Positions 37,843 to 48,954 of a stretch of 64,000 nucleotides of DNA are shown piece by piece. Positions within the stretch are counted from its first letter, which is position 1. The number at the start of each line of letters is the position of its first letter. The translations under genes and the position numbers were made by a program. This DNA comes from Eledone cirrhosa. Its lineage: Eukaryota. The stretch is from NCBI GenBank assembly GCA_964016885.1, contig OZ024741.1:219108001-219172000 (forward strand), given 5' to 3'. The notes beneath the pieces were generated by a model. The model was not told where the DNA came from. It ran no database searches and saw nothing but the letters and a program-made list of their open reading frames with translations.

Positions 37843-37995
37843 TTCATTATTTCTGAAGACGGCATATGTATGTGTTGGTATGTATATTATATTTGATAAT
37901 TTGTATAATTTTGTATAATTTTGTACATAGATCTGTTGAATATGCATACTAATTCTAACACATATATGTCCTAGAAACGATCGTTAAATAATGAA
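37843..37995 (+). ncRNA. Type I hammerhead with ~114-nt helix II in a Penelope-like pseudo-LTR (repeat extends to ~38180)
   Basis: Helix I TTCATTATTT/AAATAATGAA (10 bp); CTGAAGA; CATATGTATGTGTTGG/CTAACACATATATG stem; GAAAC-GATC-GTT. Confidence 0.7.
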
Positions 37996-38199
37996 CTTTT
38001 TTTGTTTAATATAAGGAACTGTTTCATTGTTTTATTCATTATTTTTTTAAAATTTTATCTTGACTCTGTATTCCGTTTATCTTTCACCGAAAGTGATTTT
38101 TGAATGCATCTCTTCTTTCCATGATATCCGGATTACATTGAGTTCTTCATACGGATTGGACACTACCGTAAACTCTTGGTAGATTTATCTACATATATA

Positions 38200-39930
38200 T
38201 ATTGATCTAGATGAAATGCAGTTCGGGTTTGTGTCAGGCAAAAGTACCACAGACGCTCTTTTCATTGTACGACAACTACAGGAGAAGTACCTAACTAAAA
38301 GTAAACCCCTATACTTAGCTTTTGTTGACTTGGAGAAAGCCTTCGACAGAGTCGCCCATTCCATTATCTGGTGGGCTCTTAGAAAACTAGGTGTTAACGA
38401 ATGGCTTGTGAGAGCTATACAAGCCATGTATAAAGAAACAGTCAGCAAGGTTAGAATTAACAACGAATATAGTGAAGAGTTGAGTGTAAAAGTTGGTGTT
38501 CATCAGGGCTCTGTTCTTAGCCCCCTACTATTTATTATTGCCCTTCAGGCTATAACAGTGGAGTTCAAGACCGGCTGCCCATGGGAACTCCTATACGCAG
38601 ATGATCTAACGCTCATAGCTGAATCAATGGCCGAGCTAGAGAAGAAATTCCAAACATGGAAGCACGGCCTAGAATCAAAAGGCCTTAAAATTAACCTATT
38701 CTAGTTTGTAGGAAAGAAAATAAGGCGCCGGTCCCTTCCGGGAAATGGCTATGCTCAGTGTGTAGGAAAGGCGTGGGTAGAAACTCCATTTTGTGTCCCA
38801 AATGCAAAGTATGGGTGCATAAAAGATGTAGTGGGATCACCGGTAAGCTAACTAAGAACATAGATTTTACATGTGGCCGGTGCTCTGGTGCAATAAGTAG
38901 CAGCAAGTGCCCATAAAATACTAGCTCTTTCAATTGCGCAGAGGGTTCTATAGAAATAGTGGACAGCTTCCATTACCTGGGTGACAAAATCAGAAGTTGG
39001 GGAGAGTGCTCTGAAAGTACAGTAGTTAGAGTCAGAACTGGATGGAAAAAGTTCAGAGAGCTTATAACACTGTTAGCCGCTAAAGGGTTCTCCCTAAAAA
39101 TGAAAGGCAGGTTGTATGATGCCTGCATACAAACAGCATTGTTGCATGGCAGTGCAACCTGGGCATTGTGTGCAGAGGATATACGCAGACTAGAGAGGAA
39201 CGAAGCTTGCATGCTCCGCTGGATGTGTAATAGTAATATACGTGAACGGCAAAGCATAAACGAACTAAGGGAAAAATTAGAAATAAGAGGGATCAGATGC
39301 TGTTTACTTGAGAGAAGACACTACGTTGGTATGGTCACGTGATGCGCATGAAAGACGACAGCTGTATAAAAAAGTGCAGGGCAATAAAGATAGACGGTAG
39401 CCACGGAGTAGGCAGACCCAGAAAAACCTGGGACGACCTGATAGATTCTGACCTCACACACTTACACATCTCCAAGACAATGTCACTGGACTGAGATCTT
39501 TGGCGCTGCACAGTAATACAGAAGACCCGCCTTGCCTAAATACAAAGTAAACGTACTACAGTCAGTAGGCATCTCTAACAAAATACGCCCCCATCCCACA
39601 CCACCCCCACCCCAGCCACACCGCCCCTTTCAATGTAAAGTTATGTTGGTACCACAACATCCAGTCCGAAACAAATGAGATCGTGTAGGTGTCACGACAA
39701 AAAAACACACAGTCCACGCTGTAATGTGGCCGTGTAGGTAACACGGTAAAAACCTCCCAGTCCCACACTGTAAATGTGGTTGGTGTTAGGAAGGGCATCC
39801 AGCTGTAGAAAAGCCGCCAGACAGTCCTATGCGAGCAAGACAACCACTCTTGCCTCAAGCGGGAAAACTCCCGTCCAAACCCATGCAAGCGTGGAACATG
39901 GACGTTAAACGATGATGATGATGATGATGA

Positions 39931-39933
<3 letters not shown>
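38200..39933 (+). mobile_element. RTE family B, 5'-truncated, with frameshifts and stops
   Basis: RT motifs in ORFs 38216-38704 and 38959-39342; 3'UTR and (GAT)n tail. Confidence 0.93.
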
Positions 39934-39965
<32 letters not shown>

Positions 39966-39968
<3 letters not shown>

Positions 39969-40155
39969 AGGTACATGGCTTAGTGGTTAGAGCATTGGCC
40001 TTGCAATCGAAAGGTTGTGAGTTCAATTCCTTGAGCAAGAAACTTTATTTCACATTGCTCCAGTTTACTCAGCTGTAGAAATGAGACACCAGTTCCTATC
40101 ATCCCACTGTAAAGTGGACGTGTAGGCGCCACGGCAAAAAAGCACCCAGCACTCA
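39966..40155 (+). mobile_element. tRNA-derived CORE-like SINE with RTE-derived tail (3' truncated)
   Basis: TGGCTTAGTGG A-box, GAGTTCAATTCC B-box, CORE-like segment, RTE 3'UTR repeat. Confidence 0.8.
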
Positions 40156-40157
40156 TA

Positions 40158-40197
<40 letters not shown>

Positions 40198-40821
40198 AAG
40201 GGTCTCTCGGGAAAGGTTCTTATTAAAAATATTAAAGGGGCCTTTTCTGAGGGATTTTTTGAAGGCTTTTTGAATTAACCTTTAATTGATTAGTTTCTTT
40301 CAACTTAGTAGGGATTATCAAAACTTCGTAAATTTTCTGAAAAGGGTTTTTTATCTCTGGGGAAGAAAATTTTTTTCTTTCGAAAAAATTTTTTTTCTCT
40401 CGAAGGAATTTTTTAGGAAACTTTATATTTTTATTTTTTTATTTTTTTATTTTTTTTATTTTTTTATTTTTTTAGTCTCTTAATCTCTTCTGGTTTATTA
40501 GGTTTATTGGGGCTTATAAGCTTTATGCACTTATTGAGGGATTTTTTAAAGTGCTTCTACGAGATCCCAAGTCTTTTACTTTTAATGCGTAAATTATAAA
40601 TTATCTAATTTTTAACCTTCAATCCCTGACTCCTAGGCCCTTTTCAAATTCTCTTAACTCCCCATAACCCATCCCTTTTACAACTCCGACAACTAATATA
40701 AAAGAGCCCCCTTAGAATATAGACCCCAAATATACAAGCGGAGCTGCTGATGTATACCACAATTTCAAACTGCTAATCTTGAGTGAAACGTTGATGTAAA
40801 TAATGAACTTGCAATCACCTG

Positions 40822-40877
40822 TTATATGCCTTGAAAAGTCCCACCATATGGTCGGACGAAACGGCTGTCGGCAATAA
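40822..40877 (+). ncRNA. Minimal type I hammerhead ribozyme, U3-A8 variant (pseudo-LTR 1)
   Basis: TTAT-A-TGCC / TTGAAAA / GTCC..GGAC / GAAAC-GGCT-GTC / GGCA-ATAA; predicted cleavage after C40869. Confidence 0.8.
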
Positions 40878-41083
40878 ATTTATTATAATGTCATAATAGT
40901 TCCTTTGTTCTTTTTCATTAATATTTCTGCTCTGCTTATACGCATAGAGCTTAACTAGCTACCGTCGCATATTTGGTAGGTCAGGCGTGATCATCGTGAT
41001 TCACATACGACCTACCATACATATTGCTTATTTAGCTCCCTCCGGTAGAGCTTAACCTTCACTGAAAAACACACCGCCCTGGG

Positions 41084-43695
41084 ATGGCTTTTCAATACAC
41101 CGACAGTATGCTGACAAAGGACCATCTTCCGTTATCACTTAAGAATATACCCATACCACCAAGGGGTACTTATGAAAAGCAGCTTATAGCCAGCGTTAAT
41201 TCGTTTGTAAGGAGAATAAGATGGCGCACATTCCACTTCGATAGGCGCCGTACCGCCCCACTAGAGAGTCCATCGAATAATAAGTATGGATTTAGGACAT
41301 TTAGGAGCCCGCCCATAACCCTCTACTCGATAAATTTGAGAGTGACCTATTGTCTCTCGTCCGGTCTATTAGGTATAAAAGGAAAAACGGTAAGCGTAGC
41401 GGCTTCCAAGCTAAGTTAGAATCACTAGTTAAATCTTTTAAGGACAGAAATTGTATACTCGTACCCTCGGACAAGACTAGGAATATGTACAATCTGAGTT
41501 ATGAGGAATACCGCGGATTCATATACAATGAGCTACATAAAAACTATAAAAAAACCACTGTAGCCAACCTAAATGAGATTAACAGGGAGGCTAAAGTGAT
41601 AGTAACGAAGCTAGGATTAGAGAAATGCACACAACCTTACACCCTCCGACAACCAAAGTTCACATTGAAAGATCATAAGGAGGACTTTGCAAGTAGCCCC
41701 TCTGTCAGGCTCATTAGCCCCTCTAAATCTGACATAGGGATTATAAATAAAAAAATACTAGATGAAGTCATACCGAAAGTTAAGGACAGGATTAGCCTGG
41801 ACCTATGGGGAAACACTGCAGAAGTGATAAAGTGGTTCTCAAGCATTAGCAACCACAAATCACTATGCTTCATCCAGTTCGATATAGACTCCTACTATAT
41901 GTCTATATCCCCCATACTACTGAATAAGGCGCTCATGATGGCAATGCGGACGGGCGGACTCACTAGATCCCAGATTGACATAGTCCTTGCCGCTCGTAAA
42001 ACAATTATCACATTTGAGGATGAATTGTGGACGTGCAAGAACACTCGTAATAACTTCAACATCACTATGGGGTCTAGTGACTCAGCACAGGTGACAGACC
42101 TCGTCGGATTGTACTTGCTCAAGGAGCTCAACGAGCAGTTCCCACACCTCAGAGGTGGGCTATACCATGACGACGCGTTGCTTACTGTGGAGTTTAAACG
42201 ACACAACCTAGAAAGAACTAGAAAGGACCTATATAAATTCTTCAAGAACTTTAACCTATCAATAACTATGGATAGAAAGAGTAAGGTAGTCAACTTTCTA
42301 GATGCCACACTAGACCTAGATAAGTTAGAATATACACCGTACCATAAACCTAACGAGAGGCTGACATACGTCAATGCCAACTCCAACCACCCAGGCTCAG
42401 TCCTCAAAGCAATAGTTAAGGGAGTATCTAGTAGGATTAGCGGACTATCTAGCAGCGTGACCGCATTTGAGGCGAACGCGGAGTATTACAATAAGGCGTT
42501 AGCTGGGTCAGGGCACAAAGATAAACTCCATTATATTGAGACAGGCGGCACCACCCCACCACCCCAACCCAGCACTGTAATCACATATAATATGTCCATG
42601 GGAGATGGAGGGAGAGCTAGAAAGACAAATAGGGACATTAGGAATTTAGCTAAGAACAACAACACTCGCAATGCAGACACGGATAGGGCCCACGTGCCTA
42701 GAAAGCGCTACGCCGCCCCAAGCAAGTCCAACAGTGAAAACGGGGGCCAGAGGCCTAGGAGATTCGAGACCAACACACATACCACTGGGAGCCCAGCAAC
42801 CACACCTGGTAGAACCCGTAACAATATAGATGAAGGGAGGGTAAGCAGCATAGGGGATAAGAAACGCAGTGTAAGGAATAGAAGATGTGATAGTACCTTC
42901 TTTAACCCGCCCTTCAACTCTAATATTACTACAGACCATCCCAAATCTTTTTTCTCTTTAATAGATAGGAACTTCCCCCCAGGTAGGTACGGTAGTGTCA
43001 TCAATAAGAATACTATCAAACTATCGTACTCAACAACCCCTAATCTGGCCTCGCACCTAGCTAAGACCAATAAGAGTAAGATTAAAGAGGGACTTAAGGC
43101 CATCCGAAATAGTGAACCATGCCAGTACACACGACAACACGGGACCAACCCACTGAGTGAAAGACCCAGGGGGATAACAGGCAATAGAACCGGTCCCACT
43201 AGGCAGCCCCGCGGCCGCTTGGAGGGACATGCACCCCTGATTGAGGAGCATGACCCTATTAGAAAGTGTAATTGCAGACGGAAGGACAAATGCCCACTAG
43301 CTGGACACTGCCTTATTAGGAACGTAGTATATGCCTGTAACGTAACCACAGACACGTATACTAAGGCGTATGTGGGGTCGACCGCTAATGAGTTCAAGAC
43401 GAGATTCAACGCCCACCAGCATAGCTTCTGATATGAGAAGCTTAAAAATACCATGTCGTTAGCGGGGCACATACATAACTTAAAACAAACAAAAACCCCC
43501 TACACACTAAGCTGGAGATGCCTTACTAAAGCTCCTCCATATAGCTCGTTGAGCAGGTTTTGTAGCCTGTGCCTAACTGAATCTCATGCCATAGTATTCT
43601 CAGGACTCAACTTGCTCAACAGGAGGTCAGAAATCTTCTCGTCCTGCCCCCATACTATACTTAGCTCTTTCTATTTCTTCAGACCAGACACATAG
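41084..43695 (+). pseudogene. PLE reverse transcriptase-GIY-YIG ORF, copy 1 (frameshift ~41320, in-frame TGA 43429-43431)
   Basis: SLKNIPIP; PSDKTRNMY; TLKDHK; RLISP; FDIDSYY; MGSSDSA; GLYHDD; NFLDATL; YHKPN..SNHP; FNPPF; CNCRRKDKC; VVYAC..YVG; CSLC; LLNRRSE..CPH. Confidence 0.9.
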
Positions 43696-45044
43696 CCCTG
43701 ACCCCACCCTGTCCCGCACATGGCTGCCCCGCTGGCGAATAGGGTGCTCTTGAGTAACCCCGGCCGCATTGATGCCTCGGCTCCCCGATTGCCGATGGGG
43801 ACCCTGGTGAGGAACAGTCGACCTTGTGTCCCACTTGCCAACTTGGGATTCGTGGCAGCATTGTTGCTGGGCACCCTGGGGGCAGCTGATGCCTGCGGTG
43901 TGGGACATTGTGAGTGCCTGGACCCACGTTGACTAATTGGGGGAGGTGCCGTCGGAGATGTATGTCAACAAATTCGGGAACTTGCCCAAGGAAACAGTAA
44001 CAGAACACCCAATATGGCGGCCGCTCCCTGCCTATAACCAATCAACCCCCCCTCCCCGCCTAATAAACCTCCGCCCAAATAGATGCCCCTCCCCATTCTC
44101 CCCCATTCACTTCTTTTAAGTTAGTTCTTCTTTATTATTAGTGGTTCTTTTTGAGTTAGTTCTTTATTAATAGGGATTTTTTTTGTATATTACCACGGTT
44201 GACTTAATGGGCTTGGAGAGTTGACTCCCTTGATGTCTGACCACTCGATAAGTTAGGGGTTGTGCCTCCTGAGCAGGGGTGTGTCTAGCTAGTCTACCTG
44301 CTGTCTGCTACTACCTGAGACTGGACACGGTCGTAGCCACAGGCCAGCGCATGCGCGATAGCACGGGATATATATTTCCTGCTAGTCACCCCGTGTAATA
44401 TGATACCCCGAGATTCCATGCATGAGATTCACCAAAGCATGCGCAGTCTTAACCGGGAGATGACATGCGAACTTGAAAATACCACAAGAGAGACCCTTTG
44501 GATAGCGTAGACGCCGGACCATACCCGCAAATATATACCCTGATCTGTCTTGAATATGCATGGCTGACGGAATATGGATAACACGACCACCATGTAAGCT
44601 GGAACCGACCCCTACAACAAACAAAGAAGGGACAGCCCTTTGCATTTGACCAGTCGCATGTGTGCTTGGAGTTCGTGAGAGGAGGTGATATTAGCGAGAG
44701 ACGCAATATACTACCCCAGTCAAATCCACACTGGTTTTTTTACCAATATAGCATGTAAACCAATACATCCTATGCAGCGAGACCTTGGATTTAGAACCGA
44801 CAGGCTGATCTATCGCAAACGCGTGCAACCCCCGAAACTAAAAGATCGAACGGACCACACCCAGCAACCACTAGCTATTTGATCCACAGGTACATTTCCC
44901 AGAGAGTCCACACAGCTGATAGTGAATCCCAGTTGATTCGTGAACTCTGAACTTTTAAACAAGACCAACTGTGCCTGGAGCTATGCAGATGACTACATAC
45001 GCACAATGGATATCGCACCCACAAAGTCACCTGTATTGTTCATC

Positions 45045-45300
45045 TTGCTGTATGTGTGTAAAGTATCAGTGCGTGGGATATCCCTGAGTACATTTTCTTG
45101 ACTATTAATTGTTTCTTGATTGTTTGTTAATTAGGCAGGAATATACCATTATGTCTTTGTTAATCCTATGTGTTGCTGTATGTGTGTAAAGTATCCGAGC
45201 GCGGGATATCCCTGAGCTAATTTTGCTTGACTGTTAATTGTTTATTGATTATTTGTTAATTAGGCAGGAATATATTATTATGTCTTTGTTAATCCTGTAT
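45045..45300. repeat. 128-bp direct duplication in the PLE 3'UTR (also in copies 2 and 3)
   Basis: TTGCTGTATGTGTGTAAAGTATC..GTCTTTGTTAATCCT occurs twice, at 45045 and 45173. Confidence 0.85.
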
Positions 45301-46094
45301 TAAGAATTTTATAATAATTTTTTGATAGTACATTATTAGATTACTGAAGCTACCTTATACCTTCTTAAAAATACATCTTATAATTATTGTCTTTTTGCTT
45401 ATGTATTTTCTTACTTATCATTTTCTTTAATCTTGCCCAACTTGATAAGCTCTTTGAATTGCTCCCTAATTAAATTACTTAAATTACTTAAATTATTTTA
45501 TCTATTATACCTAAGTTGTATCTGTTGAAGCAGCCCTTTAAAAATCCTCGGATATCCCAAATCCCGTAATTTTTAACTTTTAATTTATAATTTTCCTCAA
45601 TTCGTTTATATATATACTTAAAGGCTCTCTAAAATTTTAATTCTTCGAAGGGTCTCTCGGGCGAGGTTATATTAAAAAATTTTTTTCTCTCGAAGGAATT
45701 TTTTAGGAAACTTTATATTTTTATTTTTTTATTTTTTTATTTATTTAGTCTCTTAATCTCTTCTGGTTTATTAGGTTTATTGGGGCTTATAAGCTTTATG
45801 CACTTATTGAGGGATTTTTTAAAGTGCTTCTACGAGATCCCAAGTCTTTTACTTTTAATGCGTAAATTATAAATTATCTAATTTTTAACCTTCAATCCCT
45901 GACTCCTAGGCCCTTTTCAAATTCTCTTAACTCCCCATAACCCATCTATTTTACAACTCCGACAACTAATATAAATGAGCCCCCTTAGAATATAAACCCC
46001 AAATATACAAGCGGAGCTGCTGATGTATACTACAATTTCAAACTGCTAATCTTGAGTGAAACGTTGATGTAAATAATGAACTTGCAATCACCTG

Positions 46095-46150
46095 TTATAT
46101 GCCTGGAAAAGTCCCACCATGGGGTCGGACGAAACGGCTGTCGGCAATAA
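46095..46150 (+). ncRNA. Hammerhead in pseudo-LTR 2, core mutated (TGGAAAA)
   Basis: As 40822-40877 but U4>G and an altered helix II loop. Confidence 0.7.
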
Positions 46151-46356
46151 ACTTATTATAATGTCATAATAGTTCCTTTGTTCTTTTTCATTAATATTTC
46201 TGCTCTGCTTGTACGCATAGAGCTTAACTAGCTACTGTCGCATATTTGGTAGGTCAGGCGTGATCATCGTGATTCACATACGACCTACCATACATCTTGC
46301 TTATTTATCTCCCTCCGGTAGAGCTTAACCTTTACTGAAAAACACACCGCCCTGGG

Positions 46357-48954
46357 GTGGCTTTTCAATACACCGACAGTATGCTGACAAAGGACCATAT
46401 TCCGTTATCACTTAAGAATATACCCATACCACCAAGGGCAGCTTATAGTCAGCGTTAATTCGTTTGTAAGGAGAATAAGATGGCGCACATTCCACTTCGA
46501 TAGGCACCGTACCGCCCCACTAGAGAGTCCATCGAATAATAAGTATGGATTTAGGACATTTAGGAGCCCGCCCATAACGCTCTACTCGATAAATTTGAGA
46601 GTGACCTATTGTCTCTCGTCCGGTCTATTAGGTATAAAAGGAAAAACGGTAAGCGTAGCGGCTTCCAAGCTAAGTTAGAATCACTAGTTAAATCTTTTAA
46701 GGACAGAAATTGTATACTCGTACCCTCGGACAAGACTAAGAATACGTACAACCTGAGTTATGAGGAATACCGCGGATTCATATACAATGAGCTACATAAA
46801 AACTATAAAAAAACCACTGTAGCCAACCTAAATGAGATTAACAGGGAGGCTAATGTGATAGTAACGAAGCTAGGATTAGAGAAATGCACACAACCTTACA
46901 CCCCTCGACAACCAAGGTTCACATTGAAAGATCATAAGGAGGACTTTGCAAGTAGCCCCTCTGTCAGGCTCATTAGCCCCTCTAAATCTGACATAGGGAT
47001 TATAAATAAAAAAATACTAGATGAAGTCATACCGAAAGTTAAGGACAGGATTAGCCTGGACCTATGGGGAAACACTGCAGAAGTGATAAAGTGGTTCTTA
47101 AGCATTAGCAACCACAAATCACTATGCTTCATCCAGTTTGATATAGACTCCTACTATACGTCTATATCCCCCATACTACTGAATAAGGCGCTCATGATGG
47201 CAATGCGGACAGGCGGACTCACTAGATCCCAGATTGACATAGTCCTTGCCGCTCATAAAACAATTATCACATTTGAGGATGAATTGTGGACGCGCAAGAA
47301 CACTCGTAATAACTTCGACATCACTATGGGGTCTAGTGACTCAGCACAGGTGACAGACCTCGTCGGATTGTACTTGCTCAAGGAGCTCAACGAGCAGTTC
47401 CCACACCTCAGAGGTGGGCTATACCGTGACAACGCATTGCTTACTGTGGAGTTTAAACGACACAACCTAGAAAGAACTAGAAAGGACCTATATAAATTCT
47501 TCAAGAACTTTAACCTATCAATAACTATGGATAGAAATAGTAAGGTAGTCAACTTTCTAGATGCCACACTAGACCTAGATAAGTTAGAATATACACCGTA
47601 CCATAAACCTAACGAGAGGCTGACATACGTCAATGCCAACTCCAACCACCCAGGCTCAGTCCTCAAAGCAATAGTTAAGGGAATATCTAGTAGGATTAGC
47701 GGACTATCTAGCAGCGTGACCGCATTTGAGGCGAACACGGAGTATTACAATAAGGCGTTAGCTGGGTCAGGGCACAAAGATAAACTCCATTATGTTGAGA
47801 CAGGCGGCACCACCCCACCACCCCAACCCAGCACTGTAATCACATATAATATGTCCATGGGAGATGGAGGGAGAGCTAGAAAGACAAATAGGGACATTAG
47901 GAATTTAGCTAAGAACAACAACACTCGCAATGCAGACACGGATAGGGCCCACGTGCCTAGAAAGCGCTACGCCGCCCCAAGCAAGTCCAACAGTGAAAAC
48001 GGGGGCCAGAGGCCTAGGAGATTCGAGACCAACACACATACCACTGGGAGCCCAGCAACCACACCTGGTAGAACCCGTAACAATATAGATGAAGGGAGGG
48101 TAAGCAGCATAGAGGATAAGAAACACAGTGTAAGGAATAGAAGATGTGATAGTACCTTCTTTAACCCGCCCTTCAACTCTAATATTACTACAGACCATCC
48201 CAAATCTTTTTTCTCTTTAATAGATAGGAACTTCCCCCCAGGTAGGTACGGTAGTGTCATCAATAAGAATACTATCAAACTATCGTACTCAACAACCCCT
48301 AATCTGGCCTCGCACCTAGCTAAGACCAATAAGAGTAAGATTAAAGAGGGACTTAAGGCCATCCGAAATAGTGAACCATGCCAGTACGCACGACAACACG
48401 GGACCAACCCACTGAGTGAAAGACCCAGGGGGATAACAGGCAATAGAACCGGTCCCACTAGGCAGCCCCGCGGCCGCTTGGAGGGACATGCACCCCTGAT
48501 TGAGGAGCATGACCCTATTAGAAAGTGTAATTGCAGACGGAAGGACAAATGCCCACTAGCTGGACACTGCCTTATTAGGAACGTAGTATATGCCTGTAAC
48601 GTAACCACAGACACGTATACTAAGGCGTATGTGGGGTCGACCGCTAATGAGTTCAAGACGAGATTCAACGCCCACCAGCATAGCTTCTGATATGAGAAGC
48701 TTAAAAATACCATGTCGTTAGCGGGGCACATACATAACTTAAAACAAACAAAAACCCCCTACACACTAAGCTGGAGATGCCTTACTAAAGCTCCTCCATA
48801 TAGCTCGTTGAGCAGGTTTTGTAGCCTGTGCCTAACTGAATCTCATGCCATAGTATTCTCAGGACTCAACTTGCTCAACAGGAGGTCAGAAATCTTCTCG
48901 TCCTGCCCCCATACTATACTTAGCTCTTTCTATTTCTTCAGACCAGACACATAG
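46357..48954 (+). pseudogene. PLE RT-GIY-YIG ORF, copy 2
   Basis: ATG>GTG, 14-bp deletion, shared frameshift, YRDN catalytic mutation, shared TGA at 48688-48690. Confidence 0.9.

Noticed and set aside
39966-40032. tRNA gene
   Set aside because: A and B boxes run directly into a SINE body and no acceptor stem forms
40741-40797. Second hammerhead upstream in the pseudo-LTR (CTGATGT..GTGAAACGTT)
   Set aside because: A9 is replaced and there is no helix I pairing; at most a decayed relic
42708-43472. 254-aa antisense ORF and small 3'UTR ORFs in the PLE units
   Set aside because: Antisense shadows of the main ORF or short GC-rich frames; their recurrence only reflects recent duplication
44395-44460. 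SECIS candidate (ATGAGATTCACCAAAGC..)
   Set aside because: No matching 3' GA for the non-Watson-Crick quartet at the proper spacing
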